From Gemmatimonadota bacterium (lineage in GTDB: Bacteria; Gemmatimonadota; Gemmatimonadetes; Palauibacterales; Palauibacteraceae): a stretch of 64,000 nt of DNA. The DNA is taken from the NCBI GenBank assembly GCA_963666735.1, contig OY762926.1, positions 992,001-1,056,000 on the forward strand, written 5' to 3'. The position numbers and the translations under genes are program-made. Under the pieces are notes generated by a model, which did no database searches, had not been told where the DNA came from, and saw only the letters and a list, made by a program, of their open reading frames with translations. The first letter of the stretch is position 1; every line of letters begins with the position of its first letter. Below are positions 1 to 9,689 of this stretch, piece after piece.

Positions 1-2834
1 ATCCCGAACTCGAACTGCTCCCGGAGGTCCTCGTCCGTCACCCCCTCGATCCAGGGATGCCGGGCAACCTCGATCTCCGTCGTCCGCACCGCGCCATCGG
101 CCGTCAGCCGCACGGTGTACGTCCCCGGCGGCACGGCAGGCGCCATCGTGCGCACGCCCCACAGGATCATGCCGGGGAAGGTCGCGGCGGGAGCGACTCG
201 CAGGTCCCACTGGAGCATGTTGAGCCCCGCCTCGGCCGGCAGCGCGGGTCCGGCCCAGCGGGCGCGGGCCGGGGGCGGCGCCGCCTCGCCCTCAGTCTCG
301 CCCTCCCCCTCGCCCTCCACAGCCGTCGAATCGCCTTCGGCGGGCGGGTCCGGACGCGCGGCCGGCTCGTAGGTGCGCAGCACGGCGCCCGACGCGTCGA
401 GAATCTCGAGCCGGGCCTCCTCCGGCGCCTCCCGGAACCACCACGAGAGCGTCGCCCCGTTGGCGGACCGGTGCGCGGTGGCCGGGTCGAACAGCGCGAC
501 CGCCTCCTCCGTCAGCCCCGGATGCGCCTGCCGCAGCGGCGCCAGGTTGTCGAGCACCCAGAACCCGCGGCCGTGGCTCGCGATCGCCAGTTCGTTGTGC
601 TCCACGATGACGTCCGAGACGGGCAGGTCCGGGAACCCCGGGTTCAACTCCTGCCAGTTCGCCCCGTCGTCGTACGACACGTACATGCCGTGCTGCGTCC
701 CGGCGTACAGCAACCCTTCCCGGTTCGGGTCTTCGCGGACGGCATGCACATAGGCGTCGTCCCGGATCCCGTCCACGATCTTCGTCCACGTCGCCCCGTA
801 GTCGTCCGTCCTCCAGATGTAGGGCGAGAGGTCGTTCAGGAGCGGCTTGCGCACGGAGACGTAGGCCCGCCCCGCGTCGAACGCCGAGGCGTCGATCTGG
901 CTCACCCGCCCGAAGTCCGGCATGTCCGGCGGCGTCACGTCCGTCCACGTCGCACCGCCGTCGCGCGTCACGTGCACGAGGCCGTCGTCCGACCCCGCCC
1001 AGATCACGTCGATGTCCACCTTCCCCGGCCCGACCGAGAAGATGGTGGCGTAGACCTCCGGCCCGTTCATGTCCCCGGTGATCGGCCCGCCCGAATGGCC
1101 CAGCGTCATCGGGTCGGCGCGCGTGAGGTCGCCGCTGATCGCCTCCCAGTCGTCTCCCCCGTTCGTCGTCATCCACAGCCGGTTGGAGGACGTGTAGAGG
1201 ACGTTCGGATCGAGAGGCGAGAAGATGATGGGGAAGGTCCACTGCCAGCGTTCCACCATCTCGCTCGCCGGCTCGCCCGAGTAGAACCACGGGTAGGGGT
1301 TCACCTCGCGCGACGTGCCGAGCCGCCGGTTGAAGCGGTCGATGTAGCGCCCGTTGTTCGTTCCCGAGAAGAAGACGTCGAGGTTCTTGGGGTCCGGCGC
1401 GATGTAGCCCGGCTCCCCGCCTCCGGCGCGGTATGCGACCTCCATCGAACCTTCCGTGATGCTCGCCGGCTCACCGCCGAACGGAGGCGCCTGGCCGAAG
1501 CCGAAGCGGTTCGCGTTCCAGGCCGAGGGCAGGCAGAGCGTCGAGTTGTCCTGCTGCGATCCGCAAACGTGGAAGGGCACGTGGGCCGTGGTCACGCCGT
1601 GGTAGAACTGGGCGGTCGAAAACTCCTGGTCCGTCCAGTGCTGTCCCGTGTCGAAACTGACCGCGCCGCCGCCGTCGTTGGCCACGATGAGGTGGGCGGG
1701 GTCCTCCGGGCTGATCCAGAAGTCGTGGAAGTCCCCGTGCGTCCCGTTGTTGATGACCTCGTACGTCTCGCCGCCGTCGGTCGAGTGGAAGAGCGAGGTG
1801 TTCTGCACGTACACGACATCGGGGTCGTGGTGGTCGGCGAACACGTGCGTGTAGTAGAAGGCGCGCTGCCGGATGCGGCGCTCGTCGTTGACCAGTTCCC
1901 ACGTCGCGCCGCCGTCGTCGCTCCGGAAGAGGCCTCCGTCCGCGTGCTCGAACAGGGCGAAGACGCGCCCGGAGTTCGCGCTCGAGACGGCGAGCCCGAT
2001 CCGCCCCACGACCCCCTCCGCCGGCATGCCGGGGTTCCGCGTGATCTCCGTCCACGTGTCCCCCCCGTCGGTGCTCTTGAACATCCCGCTCCCGGGACCG
2101 CCCGAGGACATCGTGTATTCCTTGCGGAAGGCCTCCCAGAGCGCCGCGTAGATGACGTCCGGGTCATTGCGGTCGAGGGCGATGTCCACCGCCCCCGTGC
2201 GCTCGTCGCGGAAGAGGATGCGCTCCCAGGTGTCGCCCCCATCCGTGCTCCGGAACAGGCCGCGCTCCTCGCTCGGCGCGCCGTATTTTCCGAACGATGC
2301 GACATAGACGATGTTCGGGTCCGTGGGATGGATGCGGATCTTGGCGATGCCGTGCGACTCGGAGAATCCGACGTGCTCCCACGTCTCGCCGGCGTCGCGG
2401 CTCCGGTAGACGCCGTCCCCCGGCATGATGTTGCCGCGGATGCACGTCTCGCCGGTCCCGATGAAGACGAGGTCCGGATCGGTCTCCGAGACGGCGACCG
2501 CCCCGACGGAGGCCGAGGTGATCTTGAAGTCGGTGACCGGGAACCAGTTTTCTCCGCCGTCGGTCGTCTTCCACAGTCCCCCGCCGGTGGCGCCGAAGTA
2601 GCCCTCCAGCGGCCGCCCCACGACGCCGCTCGCCGCAATGGAGCGCCCTCCCCGGTCGGGACCGAGGTTGCGCCAGCGGTACCCCGCCAGGAACGCGGAA
2701 TCCAGCGTGACCGCTCCGGGGGCGACTTCCTGCGCGGTCAGCGCGGCGGGCCCGGCGGGACCCGCCAGCGGTGCGAGGGGTGCGAAGAGGGCGAGCGCCA
2801 GCAACAAGGAGATGCGACGCGGGATGCGGTTCAT
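1..2834 (-). CDS. Secreted BNR/Asp-box repeat (VPS10/sortilin-like) glycosyl hydrolase; C-terminus runs off the window
   Basis: Absent from the ORF track because there is no stop in the window. Manual translation from ATG 2834 gives a signal peptide (MNRIPRRISLLLALALFAPL...), then YRWRNLGPDRGGRS, GATGGGLWKTTDGGENW and GTGETCIRGNIMPGDGVYRSRDAGETW, with many S/T-x-D-G-G-x-T-W Asp-boxes. GGAG RBS upstream. Confidence 0.85.
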   Translation of the reverse strand, partial: MNRIPRRISLLLALALFAPLAPLAGPAGPAALTAQEVAPGAVTLDSAFLAGYRWRNLGPDRGGRSIAASGVVGRPLEGYFGATGGGLWKTTDGGENWFPVTDFKITSASVGAVAVSETDPDLVFIGTGETCIRGNIMPGDGVYRSRDAGETWEHVGFSESHGIAKIRIHPTDPNIVYVASFGKYGAPSEERGLFRSTDGGDTWERILFRDERTGAVDIALDRNDPDVIYAALWEAFRKEYTMSSGGPGSGMFKSTDGGDTWTEITRNPGMPAEGVVGRIGLAVSSANSGRVFALFEHADGGLFRSDDGGATWELVNDERRIRQRAFYYTHVFADHHDPDVVYVQNTSLFHSTDGGETYEVINNGTHGDFHDFWISPEDPAHLIVANDGGGAVSFDTGQHWTDQEFSTAQFYHGVTTAHVPFHVCGSQQDNSTLCLPSAWNANRFGFGQAPPFGGEPASITEGSMEVAYRAGGGEPGYIAPDPKNLDVFFSGTNNGRYIDRFNRRLGTSREVNPYPWFYSGEPASEMVERWQWTFPIIFSPLDPNVLYTSSNRLWMTTNGGDDWEAISGDLTRADPMTLGHSGGPITGDMNGPEVYATIFSVGPGKVDIDVIWAGSDDGLVHVTRDGGATWTDVTPPDMPDFGRVSQIDASAFDAGRAYVSVRKPLLNDLSPYIWRTDDYGATWTKIVDGIRDDAYVHAVREDPNREGLLYAGTQHGMYVSYDDGANWQELNPGFPDLPVSDVIVEHNELAIASHGRGFWVLDNLAPLRQAHPGLTEEAVALFDPATAHRSANGATLSWWFREAPEEARLEILDASGAVLRTYEPAARPDPPAEGDSTAVEGEGEGETEGEAAPPPARARWAGPALPAEAGLNMLQWDLRVAPAATFPGMILWGVRTMAPAVPPGTYTVRLTADGAVRTTEIEVARHPWIEGVTDEDLREQFEFG

Positions 2835-2919
2835 GGCGAGGCTCCGTACCTGATCGTCGACGGCGGCTGATCGTCCGCCGAAGATAGGCGCGGATCGAGG
2901 GGCGGCGGAAGGCGGCCCG

Positions 2920-3336
2920 TCAACCTCCGCCGGAACCGTTGGAGCGCTTCTTCGGCCCGCCCGGCGTTGACGAAGGCGACTCGGGAGCTTCGTCAGCTTC
3001 GTCAAGCTCCGATTTCGTCTCCTCCGTCTCCTCCGACTCTTCGGCGCTCCCACACGTCACGACGATTTCCATGGGCGAGTAGATGCCGAGCGTGAGCGCC
3101 GAAACGAGCTGGTTCATGAAGGAAATTCGTGTTTCGACGATCGCCACCCCGTCCTCGCCACACCCCGTGCCGGCATCGACCCTGTCCGGCGGCACGACCC
3201 CGTCCAGGTAACTGTCCACCCATTTGTCTTCGACCTTTCGGGGCCCGGGTTCGATGCCGGTCACGACGACCGCGTGGTGGCTGGCACAGCCCGTGAGCAG
3301 CGAGACTGCGGCAATGGTCGTGACGATGCGGATCAT
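2920..3336 (-). CDS. Bor/Iss family lipoprotein with acidic low-complexity tail
   Basis: Lipobox LLTGC; Bor-like C-terminal motif VETRISFMNQLVSALTLGIYSPMEIVVTC. Confidence 0.75.
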   Translation of the reverse strand: MIRIVTTIAAVSLLTGCASHHAVVVTGIEPGPRKVEDKWVDSYLDGVVPPDRVDAGTGCGEDGVAIVETRISFMNQLVSALTLGIYSPMEIVVTCGSAEESEETEETKSELDEADEAPESPSSTPGGPKKRSNGSGGG

Positions 3337-3509
3337 GGCAACCGCCCTTGTGGAGGTTCGACTGGTGCGTCGGTCAGCTCGGAGACGATCGGCAGGATCC
3401 AGAGGTCACGTCACGTTTCGCAGTTTCTCAACGGCGCCCTACGGAGAAAGGCTCACCTCGCCATCTGCACCAATCGCGTATCTTGCCGGATGGGCGACAC
3501 CAGCGCGAG

Positions 3510-4421
3510 ATGACGGCACCAGCGGCGGAGGATCGGGGCGTGTTGGATCTGACCAGACGGATACGCACGGAACAGGCAAGGGGGGAACGGGCAAGGGTGG
3601 GGTATCTCGGCCCCCCCGGGACGTTCAGCGAGCAGGCGGCGATGCGTTACAATCGCAGGGCGCGTCACGTCGCTTTCGGGGATATCGCGGGTGTCGTCCG
3701 GGCCGCGGAAACGGGGGAAGTGGACGAGGCCATCGTCCCGCTGGAGAACAGCACGGAGGGGGCCGTCACGCTGACGACGGACCTCCTCGTCCACCAGACG
3801 GACCTCCGGATCCGCCGCGAAGTCGTCCTCCCGATCCACCACTGCCTGCTGACGGAGGGCAGCGTCGGTCTCAACGAGGTGCGGGTCGTCTATTCGCATC
3901 CGCAGGCCATCGCCCAGTGCCGGAAGTACCTGGCGCGTCATCTTCCGCAGGCGGAACCCGTGGCTTCGTTGAGCACGGTGAGCGCCGTTCGGGACATGCA
4001 GACCGGCGGGCGGGGGGCGGCGGCCATATCGAGCTGGCGGGCGGCCGAGGTTCTCGGCGCCTTCGTGCGCGCGACCGACATCGAGGACATCCCGGGGAAC
4101 CGCACCCGGTTCGTCGTGCTGGCGCGCGAGGATCACGAGTCGACGGGGAGGGACAAGACCTCGATCTGCTTCGACTTCTCGGCGGACGGCCCGGGGACGC
4201 TCTACCTCTCGCTCGGCGAGTTGGCGGACCGGCGGATCAACATGCTCAAGATCGAATCGCGCCCCGCGAAGAGCAGTCTCGGGCGGTACATCTTCCTCAT
4301 CGACTTCGAGGGACACCGCACCGACCCGGTCGTGGCGGAGGCCCTCGACTGCATCAGGAAGCGAGCATCGTCCTTCAAGATTCTGGGCTCCTATCCGCGG
4401 GCCTCCGAACCGGCCCGGTAA
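3510..4421 (+). CDS. pheA: Prephenate dehydratase (PDT + ACT domain, no chorismate mutase domain)
   Basis: YLGPPGTFSEQAA, VPLENSTEG, YSHPQAIAQC, NRTRF, KIESRP motifs. Start taken as ATG 3510 (uncertain). Confidence 0.92.
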   Translation: MTAPAAEDRGVLDLTRRIRTEQARGERARVGYLGPPGTFSEQAAMRYNRRARHVAFGDIAGVVRAAETGEVDEAIVPLENSTEGAVTLTTDLLVHQTDLRIRREVVLPIHHCLLTEGSVGLNEVRVVYSHPQAIAQCRKYLARHLPQAEPVASLSTVSAVRDMQTGGRGAAAISSWRAAEVLGAFVRATDIEDIPGNRTRFVVLAREDHESTGRDKTSICFDFSADGPGTLYLSLGELADRRINMLKIESRPAKSSLGRYIFLIDFEGHRTDPVVAEALDCIRKRASSFKILGSYPRASEPAR

Positions 4422-4430
4422 CGTCCGGAG

Positions 4431-5822
4431 CTATCCGGAGACCCTCGGCGGCATGCCCATCCGGTCCAGGTTCGTCCCGAGTACCGCTTCCACGGCGGCC
4501 GCCCGGTCCAGCAGGGCGAGGTCTCCCCGCGCAGGGCCGATGAGCTGCAGGCCGACGGGCATCGCCGCTTCGTCCAGCCCTGCGGGAAGCGAGATCGCGC
4601 ACATGTCGAGCATGCTGGCGGGGCACGTGCCGGAGAGCATGGCGCGGTTGGCCTTCCGGTAGGCATCGAGCCGGGCGAGGGCGGCGAGCGGCGGCGGCGA
4701 GACCGGGAGCGTGGGCGCCGCGAGGATATCGATCCGCTCGGCGGCAAGGCGCTCGTGCATGCGGGCCGAGAGCCGGCGGCGGTGCTGGCGCGCGGCGATA
4801 TACTCGAGCGCGGGCACGCCGGCCGCCGCTTCCAGCCGAGTGCCGATGATCGGATCCAGGAGCGGAATCCAGTCGGGCAACTCGCGCTCGAGGAACTCCA
4901 CGAACTCGGGCTGGACGATCGGTCCGGAGAGGTAGCGTTCCCCCGCTTCATCCAACTCGGGAGCCTCGATTTCGAGTACGTCCGCGCCGACGGCCCGAAG
5001 CTCTTCCAACGCACCCTCGACCGCGGCCGCGACGGCGGAGTCCGCGTCCGTCCACAGCCGGGAGGCGGGGACGCCGATCCTCAGCCCCGCGATGCCTTCC
5101 GGGACCGGGGCATCCGGCTCGTCCGCGGCTCGCGCGGGCGGGTCGATGGCGCGGAAGGCGTAGCGCAGGTCCTCCGCGGTGTGGGCGAGCATCCCCACCG
5201 TGTCGAGTGAGGTGCTGAGGGGAACGACGCCCGTCGTCGGCCAGCGGCCCGTCGTGGGACGGAAGCCGACCACCCCCGTCGCCGAAGCGGGGATGCGGAT
5301 CGAGCCCCCCGTGTCCGTGCCGAGGGCGATCCGGGCCGACCCTTCCCACAGACTCACCCCGGCGCCGGCGGACGAGCCGCCCGGGGCCCGGTGCTCGACC
5401 GGATCCCACGGATTCACGGGCGTCCCCGTGTTGGGGTTCAGCCCGACCCCGCCGAAAGCGAACTCGACGGTGTGCGTCTTGCCGGTGAACATGGCGCCCA
5501 TCCGGCGCAGCGACGTCACGAGGAAGCCTTCGGACAAGGCGGGGAGCACCCTCCTGGTCCCGGCGCACAACGGGTATCCTTCGAGGCCGTACAGATCCTT
5601 GACGGAGACGGTGATGCCCGCCAGAGGGCCCGGGTCCCGGCCGCGGGAGACCGCATCATGGATGGCGCCCGCTTGCCGCCGCAGAGCCCCGGCGTCGAAC
5701 GCGACGTATGCGTTCAGGTCGCTGGCCTCGTGGCGGCGGATCGCCGTTTCGGCCTCCCGCCGGGCTCCCCCGCGACCCCCTCGGACGTCCGCCGCGACGC
5801 GCCGGATGGGCACGCGAGTCAC
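4431..5822 (-). CDS. Amidase signature family enzyme (GatA-like amidase)
   Basis: SVKD lysine, PGGSSAG and GTDTGGSIRIPAS (Ser-cisSer-Lys triad motifs), PVGLQLIG. Confidence 0.9.
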   Translation of the reverse strand: MTRVPIRRVAADVRGGRGGARREAETAIRRHEASDLNAYVAFDAGALRRQAGAIHDAVSRGRDPGPLAGITVSVKDLYGLEGYPLCAGTRRVLPALSEGFLVTSLRRMGAMFTGKTHTVEFAFGGVGLNPNTGTPVNPWDPVEHRAPGGSSAGAGVSLWEGSARIALGTDTGGSIRIPASATGVVGFRPTTGRWPTTGVVPLSTSLDTVGMLAHTAEDLRYAFRAIDPPARAADEPDAPVPEGIAGLRIGVPASRLWTDADSAVAAAVEGALEELRAVGADVLEIEAPELDEAGERYLSGPIVQPEFVEFLERELPDWIPLLDPIIGTRLEAAAGVPALEYIAARQHRRRLSARMHERLAAERIDILAAPTLPVSPPPLAALARLDAYRKANRAMLSGTCPASMLDMCAISLPAGLDEAAMPVGLQLIGPARGDLALLDRAAAVEAVLGTNLDRMGMPPRVSG

Positions 5823-5826
5823 TGCG

Positions 5827-6792
5827 TTACGGCCGAACCTTCATGTTGGCACTCAGCGCCCAATAACCCAGCCGAGCGAAGTCCAGCGTCGAGACGAAGG
5901 GTGTCACGGCGTCCGCATGCACCGGCGCGTGGCTCCGGATCGTCGTCCACTGCGCGTCCACGCTCACGTCGGGCGTCTGCATCCAGCGGCCCTTCAGACC
6001 GATGGAGACCTGGCCGGAGACGGCGTAGTCCAGGCCGGCCAGAAGCTGAAATCCGAGTCCGGTCTCGGACACATCCGCCGTCAACTCGCTCACGGTTCCC
6101 GCCGCGGCGCGCTGCCAGTCGGGCGAGGCGCCGGGCTCGGCGCGCGATCCGCCGAAGGCCTCGAGGTAGCCCTCCGCGATCGACTTGCGGGCAAAGCCGA
6201 GGTAATGGCGGTAGGCGACCTGGGAGAGTCCCCCTCCCACCCCGACAAAGGGCGTCAGGCGGCTTCCGGTCGGCACCGAGTAGGTGAGGTTGGCGAAGAA
6301 CTGCCGGCCCCGGAACTCGGAGATGTCCCCCCACGGCGGCCGGTCCGGGCTCCATTCCGTGTCCTTCCCCGTGATCGCGGCCCCCGACTGCGTACCGAGC
6401 GTCAGGAGCGTGTGGTGGATGACCTGGTGCCGCTGGAACGCTTCCACCTCGATGTTCAGCGGCCCGAGCGTGTAACCGGCGGCGAGGCTGCCGCCGAGTC
6501 CCGGCTCCGGGTCGTACGAGTACAGGCCGCCCAACTCGGAGCCCGCGAGGCAGCCCGCGTCCCTGGGCGCATCGGCCAGGTTGGGGTACAGCAGCCGGTC
6601 GCAACGGGTGGGGCTGTTCGGCCCGGACAGCGTCGACTCGGTACCGGATCCCTGCACGAAACCCACGCCCATGGACACGTAGAACCCGCGCGAACTCTGG
6701 GCGGAGAGCGTCGAGGCTCCGGCAAGCATGACGGTGGCAAGCACGACCGCAGCCGCGAAGATTCGACTCTGTGCTAATCCTGGATTTTGCAT
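5827..6792 (-). CDS. Outer-membrane beta-barrel protein (opacity/OmpA-like membrane domain)
   Basis: Signal peptide followed by GFYVSMGVG; strands TPFVGVGGG and GFQLLAGLDYAVS; alternating C-terminal strand. Start set at ATG 6792. Confidence 0.65.
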   Translation of the reverse strand: MQNPGLAQSRIFAAAVVLATVMLAGASTLSAQSSRGFYVSMGVGFVQGSGTESTLSGPNSPTRCDRLLYPNLADAPRDAGCLAGSELGGLYSYDPEPGLGGSLAAGYTLGPLNIEVEAFQRHQVIHHTLLTLGTQSGAAITGKDTEWSPDRPPWGDISEFRGRQFFANLTYSVPTGSRLTPFVGVGGGLSQVAYRHYLGFARKSIAEGYLEAFGGSRAEPGASPDWQRAAAGTVSELTADVSETGLGFQLLAGLDYAVSGQVSIGLKGRWMQTPDVSVDAQWTTIRSHAPVHADAVTPFVSTLDFARLGYWALSANMKVRP

Positions 6793-7204
6793 GATTGTCA
6801 CTCGTGTAGATGGTACTGGTTCTGTTGGCACGCCCGCGCCGCGGCAGTCTCCGAGCCGGCGGGCACTCTCCCAGAATACAGCGCACGGGAGGTGGCTGCG
6901 CGGTCGATCTGACCCGCCACCTCGAGCGGCGTGTCCCACGCGGTCACGAAGGCGACGGAAGCCAACAACTTCGGAGCGCAACGCCCCTGTCTTGACGGCG
7001 GATGTCAGACGAATCGTTCGAGCCCGCCGGGGAGCCTCGCGAGAACCTGGCGGCACTCGATGGCCTCCGAAAACGTCGGCTCGTCGATCGCATGCCGGAT
7101 CGGAGCGCCCAATGGTCAGTTCGCCGGCAGGGCAGCGGTCAAGGATTCCCTCACCACTGAACGGCGATGAATCGCCTCGTCCCGAGCCGTCGCCGTCTGA
7201 GCAC

Positions 7205-7987
7205 TTATCGTGTCTCGATCAGATGTTTCGCGATTCCATGGGCTGCACGTATCGCCTTGGGATTGGGATGGCCAGCACAGAAGATCAGCTCGAACAGCGG
7301 CGATTCTCGAGAGTTCAGCAGGGTCAGGGATTGCTCAAGGAGACGATCTCCGAACACGTCCCGCAGCTGTGCCTTGTAGATGGCCACCAAGCCATCGACG
7401 CCGGCATCCCGTTCGGTGCCTGATTGGTCGAACAACCCGAATTGCGCGGCGGGATGGTAGAGGTTGCGCCAGCCATCACTTCCGTACACGCGATTCAAAC
7501 GCGCTTCCCACCCCTGCTCGACGTCACTCGGATCTCTCGAACGCGGGAGCATCCTGCCGATACTGCTGGCCGGGAAAAGCAGCCACATGTCAAGCCTCTC
7601 GAGGCTCGCGATCTTCTCCGCCGTCGACCAATCGAACTGAGTCCCGAACGGATCCACGAAGAGGACACCTCGCCAATTCCCATACTCGAATCGCCGCAAC
7701 CCGCGTAGGAACTCGTTAGCGTCGGCGTTTAGGACATCGATCCGTCGATCAGCGTACTCGAGTTTCAGCTCCTCCAAGCTTGCGGAACGCTCCGAGTCCG
7801 CCTCCACGAATACCAGGCGATCAAACCGGCGGTCCTCCACGAGTAGAGCCCGTTCGGCGGATCCCATGATGAAGGCGCGAGCTTCCCGCGCGTCGGCCTC
7901 GGCGTCGCACCCGGACGTCGGGCTGATCCTCCCCGTTCCCGCGAAGGCATCGATGTACACGAGATCAAAAGACTGGTTCTTCAGGGC
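7205..7987 (-). pseudogene. tcmP: tcmP (three-Cys-motif partner protein), 3' part, interrupted by IS
   Basis: YIDAFAGTG SAM-binding motif, FVDPFG, DMWLLFP, NSRESPLFELIF. The 5' part lies at 9585-9689. Confidence 0.85.
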
Positions 7988-8052
7988 CCTCTCTGCCAAC
8001 ACGCGCGAGACACGAGAGGAGCAAGAGATTAGAGTAGGGCGAGACAGAGAGA

Positions 8053-8511
8053 TTGAGGATGGAACGAGGAGAAGGAATGAAGGTGAACGGAACGCCCCTC
8101 TCTTCAGGGGAGGGCGGGCGAAGCGCGGCGGCTTCCGCGGCGGATCCGGAGGTGTCGGCGAAGGCGACGCGGCGGCGCTTCACGGCGGCGTACAAGCTGT
8201 CGATCGTCGAGGAGGCGGACGCCTGCGAGACGTCGGGCGAGATCGGAGCGTTGCTTCGGCGCGAGGGATTGTACGGCTCGCACCTGTCGGCGTGGCGGAA
8301 AGCGGCGCGGGAGGGATCGCTGCGGGGGCTGGCGAAGAGACGCGGACCGAAGCCCTCGGGCGGGAAGCGTGAGGCGAGGAGGGTGCGGAAGCTGGAGCGG
8401 GAGAACGCGCGGTTGCGCGAGGAACTCCGCAAGGCGCGCATCATCATCGATGTCCAGGGAAAAGTTGCGGGGCTGCCGGGCGTGAGCCCCGGGGACGGGA
8501 AGCGCTCTTGA
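8053..8511 (+). CDS. IS3-family transposase OrfA (HTH + leucine zipper)
   Basis: RRRFTAAYKLSIVEEAD...LLRREGLYGSHLSAWRK, coiled coil LERENARLREEL. The start may be ATG 8059 or 8077. Confidence 0.88.
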   Translation: MRMERGEGMKVNGTPLSSGEGGRSAAASAADPEVSAKATRRRFTAAYKLSIVEEADACETSGEIGALLRREGLYGSHLSAWRKAAREGSLRGLAKRRGPKPSGGKREARRVRKLERENARLREELRKARIIIDVQGKVAGLPGVSPGDGKRS

Positions 8512-9545
8512 GCGCGGCCGGAGGCTTGGCCGGGCACGTGGGCGTACGCGCGGCGTGCGAGGCCCTCGGGGTCGCGCGCGCCACGTTCTACCGTCGCCGG
8601 AGGCCGAAGACCGGGCGGCGGCGGCCCCGGCCGGCTCCCGCCCGGGCCCTGGACGCGGCGGAGCGGGCGGAGGTCTTCGGCGTGCTGTGCTCGCCGCGCT
8701 TCGCCGACCGCGCGCCGGCGGAGGTGTACGCGACGCTGCTGGACGAGGGCGTCTATCTGTGTTCGGAGCGGACGATGTACCGGATCCTGGCCGAGAACCG
8801 GGCGGTCCGCGAGCGCCGGGCTCAGCGCAGCCATCCCAACCACCCGAAGCCCGAGGTGGTGGCCAAGGCACCGAACGAGGTGTGGTCTTGGGACATCACC
8901 CGGCTGCTGGCGCCGGAGAAGTGGCGGTACTTCTATCTGTACGTGATCCTGGACATCTACAGCCGCTACGTCACCGGATGGATGGTGGCGGAGCGCGAGA
9001 CCGCAGGCCTGGCCGGACACTTGGTCGGCGAGACGTGTCTCAGGCACGGTGTGCGGCCCCGGGTCCTCACGCTGCACTCGGATCGGGGATCCCCCATGAC
9101 GGCCAAGTGCACGGCGCAGCTCCTGGCCGACCTGGGCGTCACGCAGTCGCTGGGCCGCCCCAGGGTCTCGAACGACAACCCGTACTCGGAGGCGCACTTC
9201 AAGACCCTCAAGTATCACCCGGGCTTCCCCGGTCGGTTCGGCTGCATCGAGGAGGCGAAGGACTTCTGCCGGGAGTTCTTCCAGTGGTACAACACCCAAC
9301 ACCGCCACGGCGGCATCGGCCTGCTCACCCCCGAGCAGGTCCACCTCGGCCGCGCCCCCGAGGTGATCGAGCAACGGCGGAACGTGCTGGCCGCGGCCTA
9401 CGCCGCCCGCCCCGACCGCTTCGTCGTCGGCCCGCCGAGGGCTGTGGAACTCCCGGAGGAAGTCTGGATCAACCGCGCACTCCCCGTCACGCCGGTTGAT
9501 GGATCGGAGTCGGCCAACGGGAGGAAGGAGGCCTCACTAAACTGA
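8508..9545 (+). CDS. IS3-family transposase OrfB (DDE integrase core)
   Basis: WSWDIT, LDIYSRYVTGW, LHSDRGSPM, SNDNPYSEAHFKTLKY, WYNTQHRH; in the -1 frame relative to orfA. Confidence 0.92.
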   Translation: MSAAGGLAGHVGVRAACEALGVARATFYRRRRPKTGRRRPRPAPARALDAAERAEVFGVLCSPRFADRAPAEVYATLLDEGVYLCSERTMYRILAENRAVRERRAQRSHPNHPKPEVVAKAPNEVWSWDITRLLAPEKWRYFYLYVILDIYSRYVTGWMVAERETAGLAGHLVGETCLRHGVRPRVLTLHSDRGSPMTAKCTAQLLADLGVTQSLGRPRVSNDNPYSEAHFKTLKYHPGFPGRFGCIEEAKDFCREFFQWYNTQHRHGGIGLLTPEQVHLGRAPEVIEQRRNVLAAAYAARPDRFVVGPPRAVELPEEVWINRALPVTPVDGSESANGRKEASLN

Positions 9546-9584
9546 ATCGGAAAGTGTCTCACATTCGTTGGCAGGTTCCGGGGC

Positions 9585-9689
9585 GGTTGTGTAGGTGTTC
9601 AGGTATCGTTCGAGAATACCGAGCTTTTGCGTCGTCCAGCTTCCGCCGAACGCGGGCGTCGCACCGAGGCTTGTGAGGATCACTGACAT
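9585..9689 (-). pseudogene. tcmP: tcmP 5' fragment
   Basis: MSVILTSLGATPAFGGSWTTQKLGILERYLNTYTT, the typical TcmP N-terminus (GxWTxxKLxILxxYL). The ATG overlaps the end of the DUF5131 gene. Confidence 0.85.

Larger units (their letters stand above)
7987..9580 (+). mobile_element. IS3-family insertion sequence, about 1.59 kb, 3-4 bp target duplication GGG(C)
   Basis: orfA/orfB transposase. Imperfect IRs TGCCAACACGCGCGAGACAC (7994-8013) and GTGTCTCACATTCGTTGGCA (9554-9573), 15/20 matching. GGGC at 7984-7987 and 9581-9584. Removing the element restores the tcmP frame. Confidence 0.9.

Noticed and set aside
57..2870. 937-aa + strand ORF and other long ORFs such as 11764-13725, 14961-17492, 28640-30709 and 57480-59903
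   Set aside because: Antisense shadows of real genes in high-GC DNA; Arg/Pro/Gly-rich with no family motifs.
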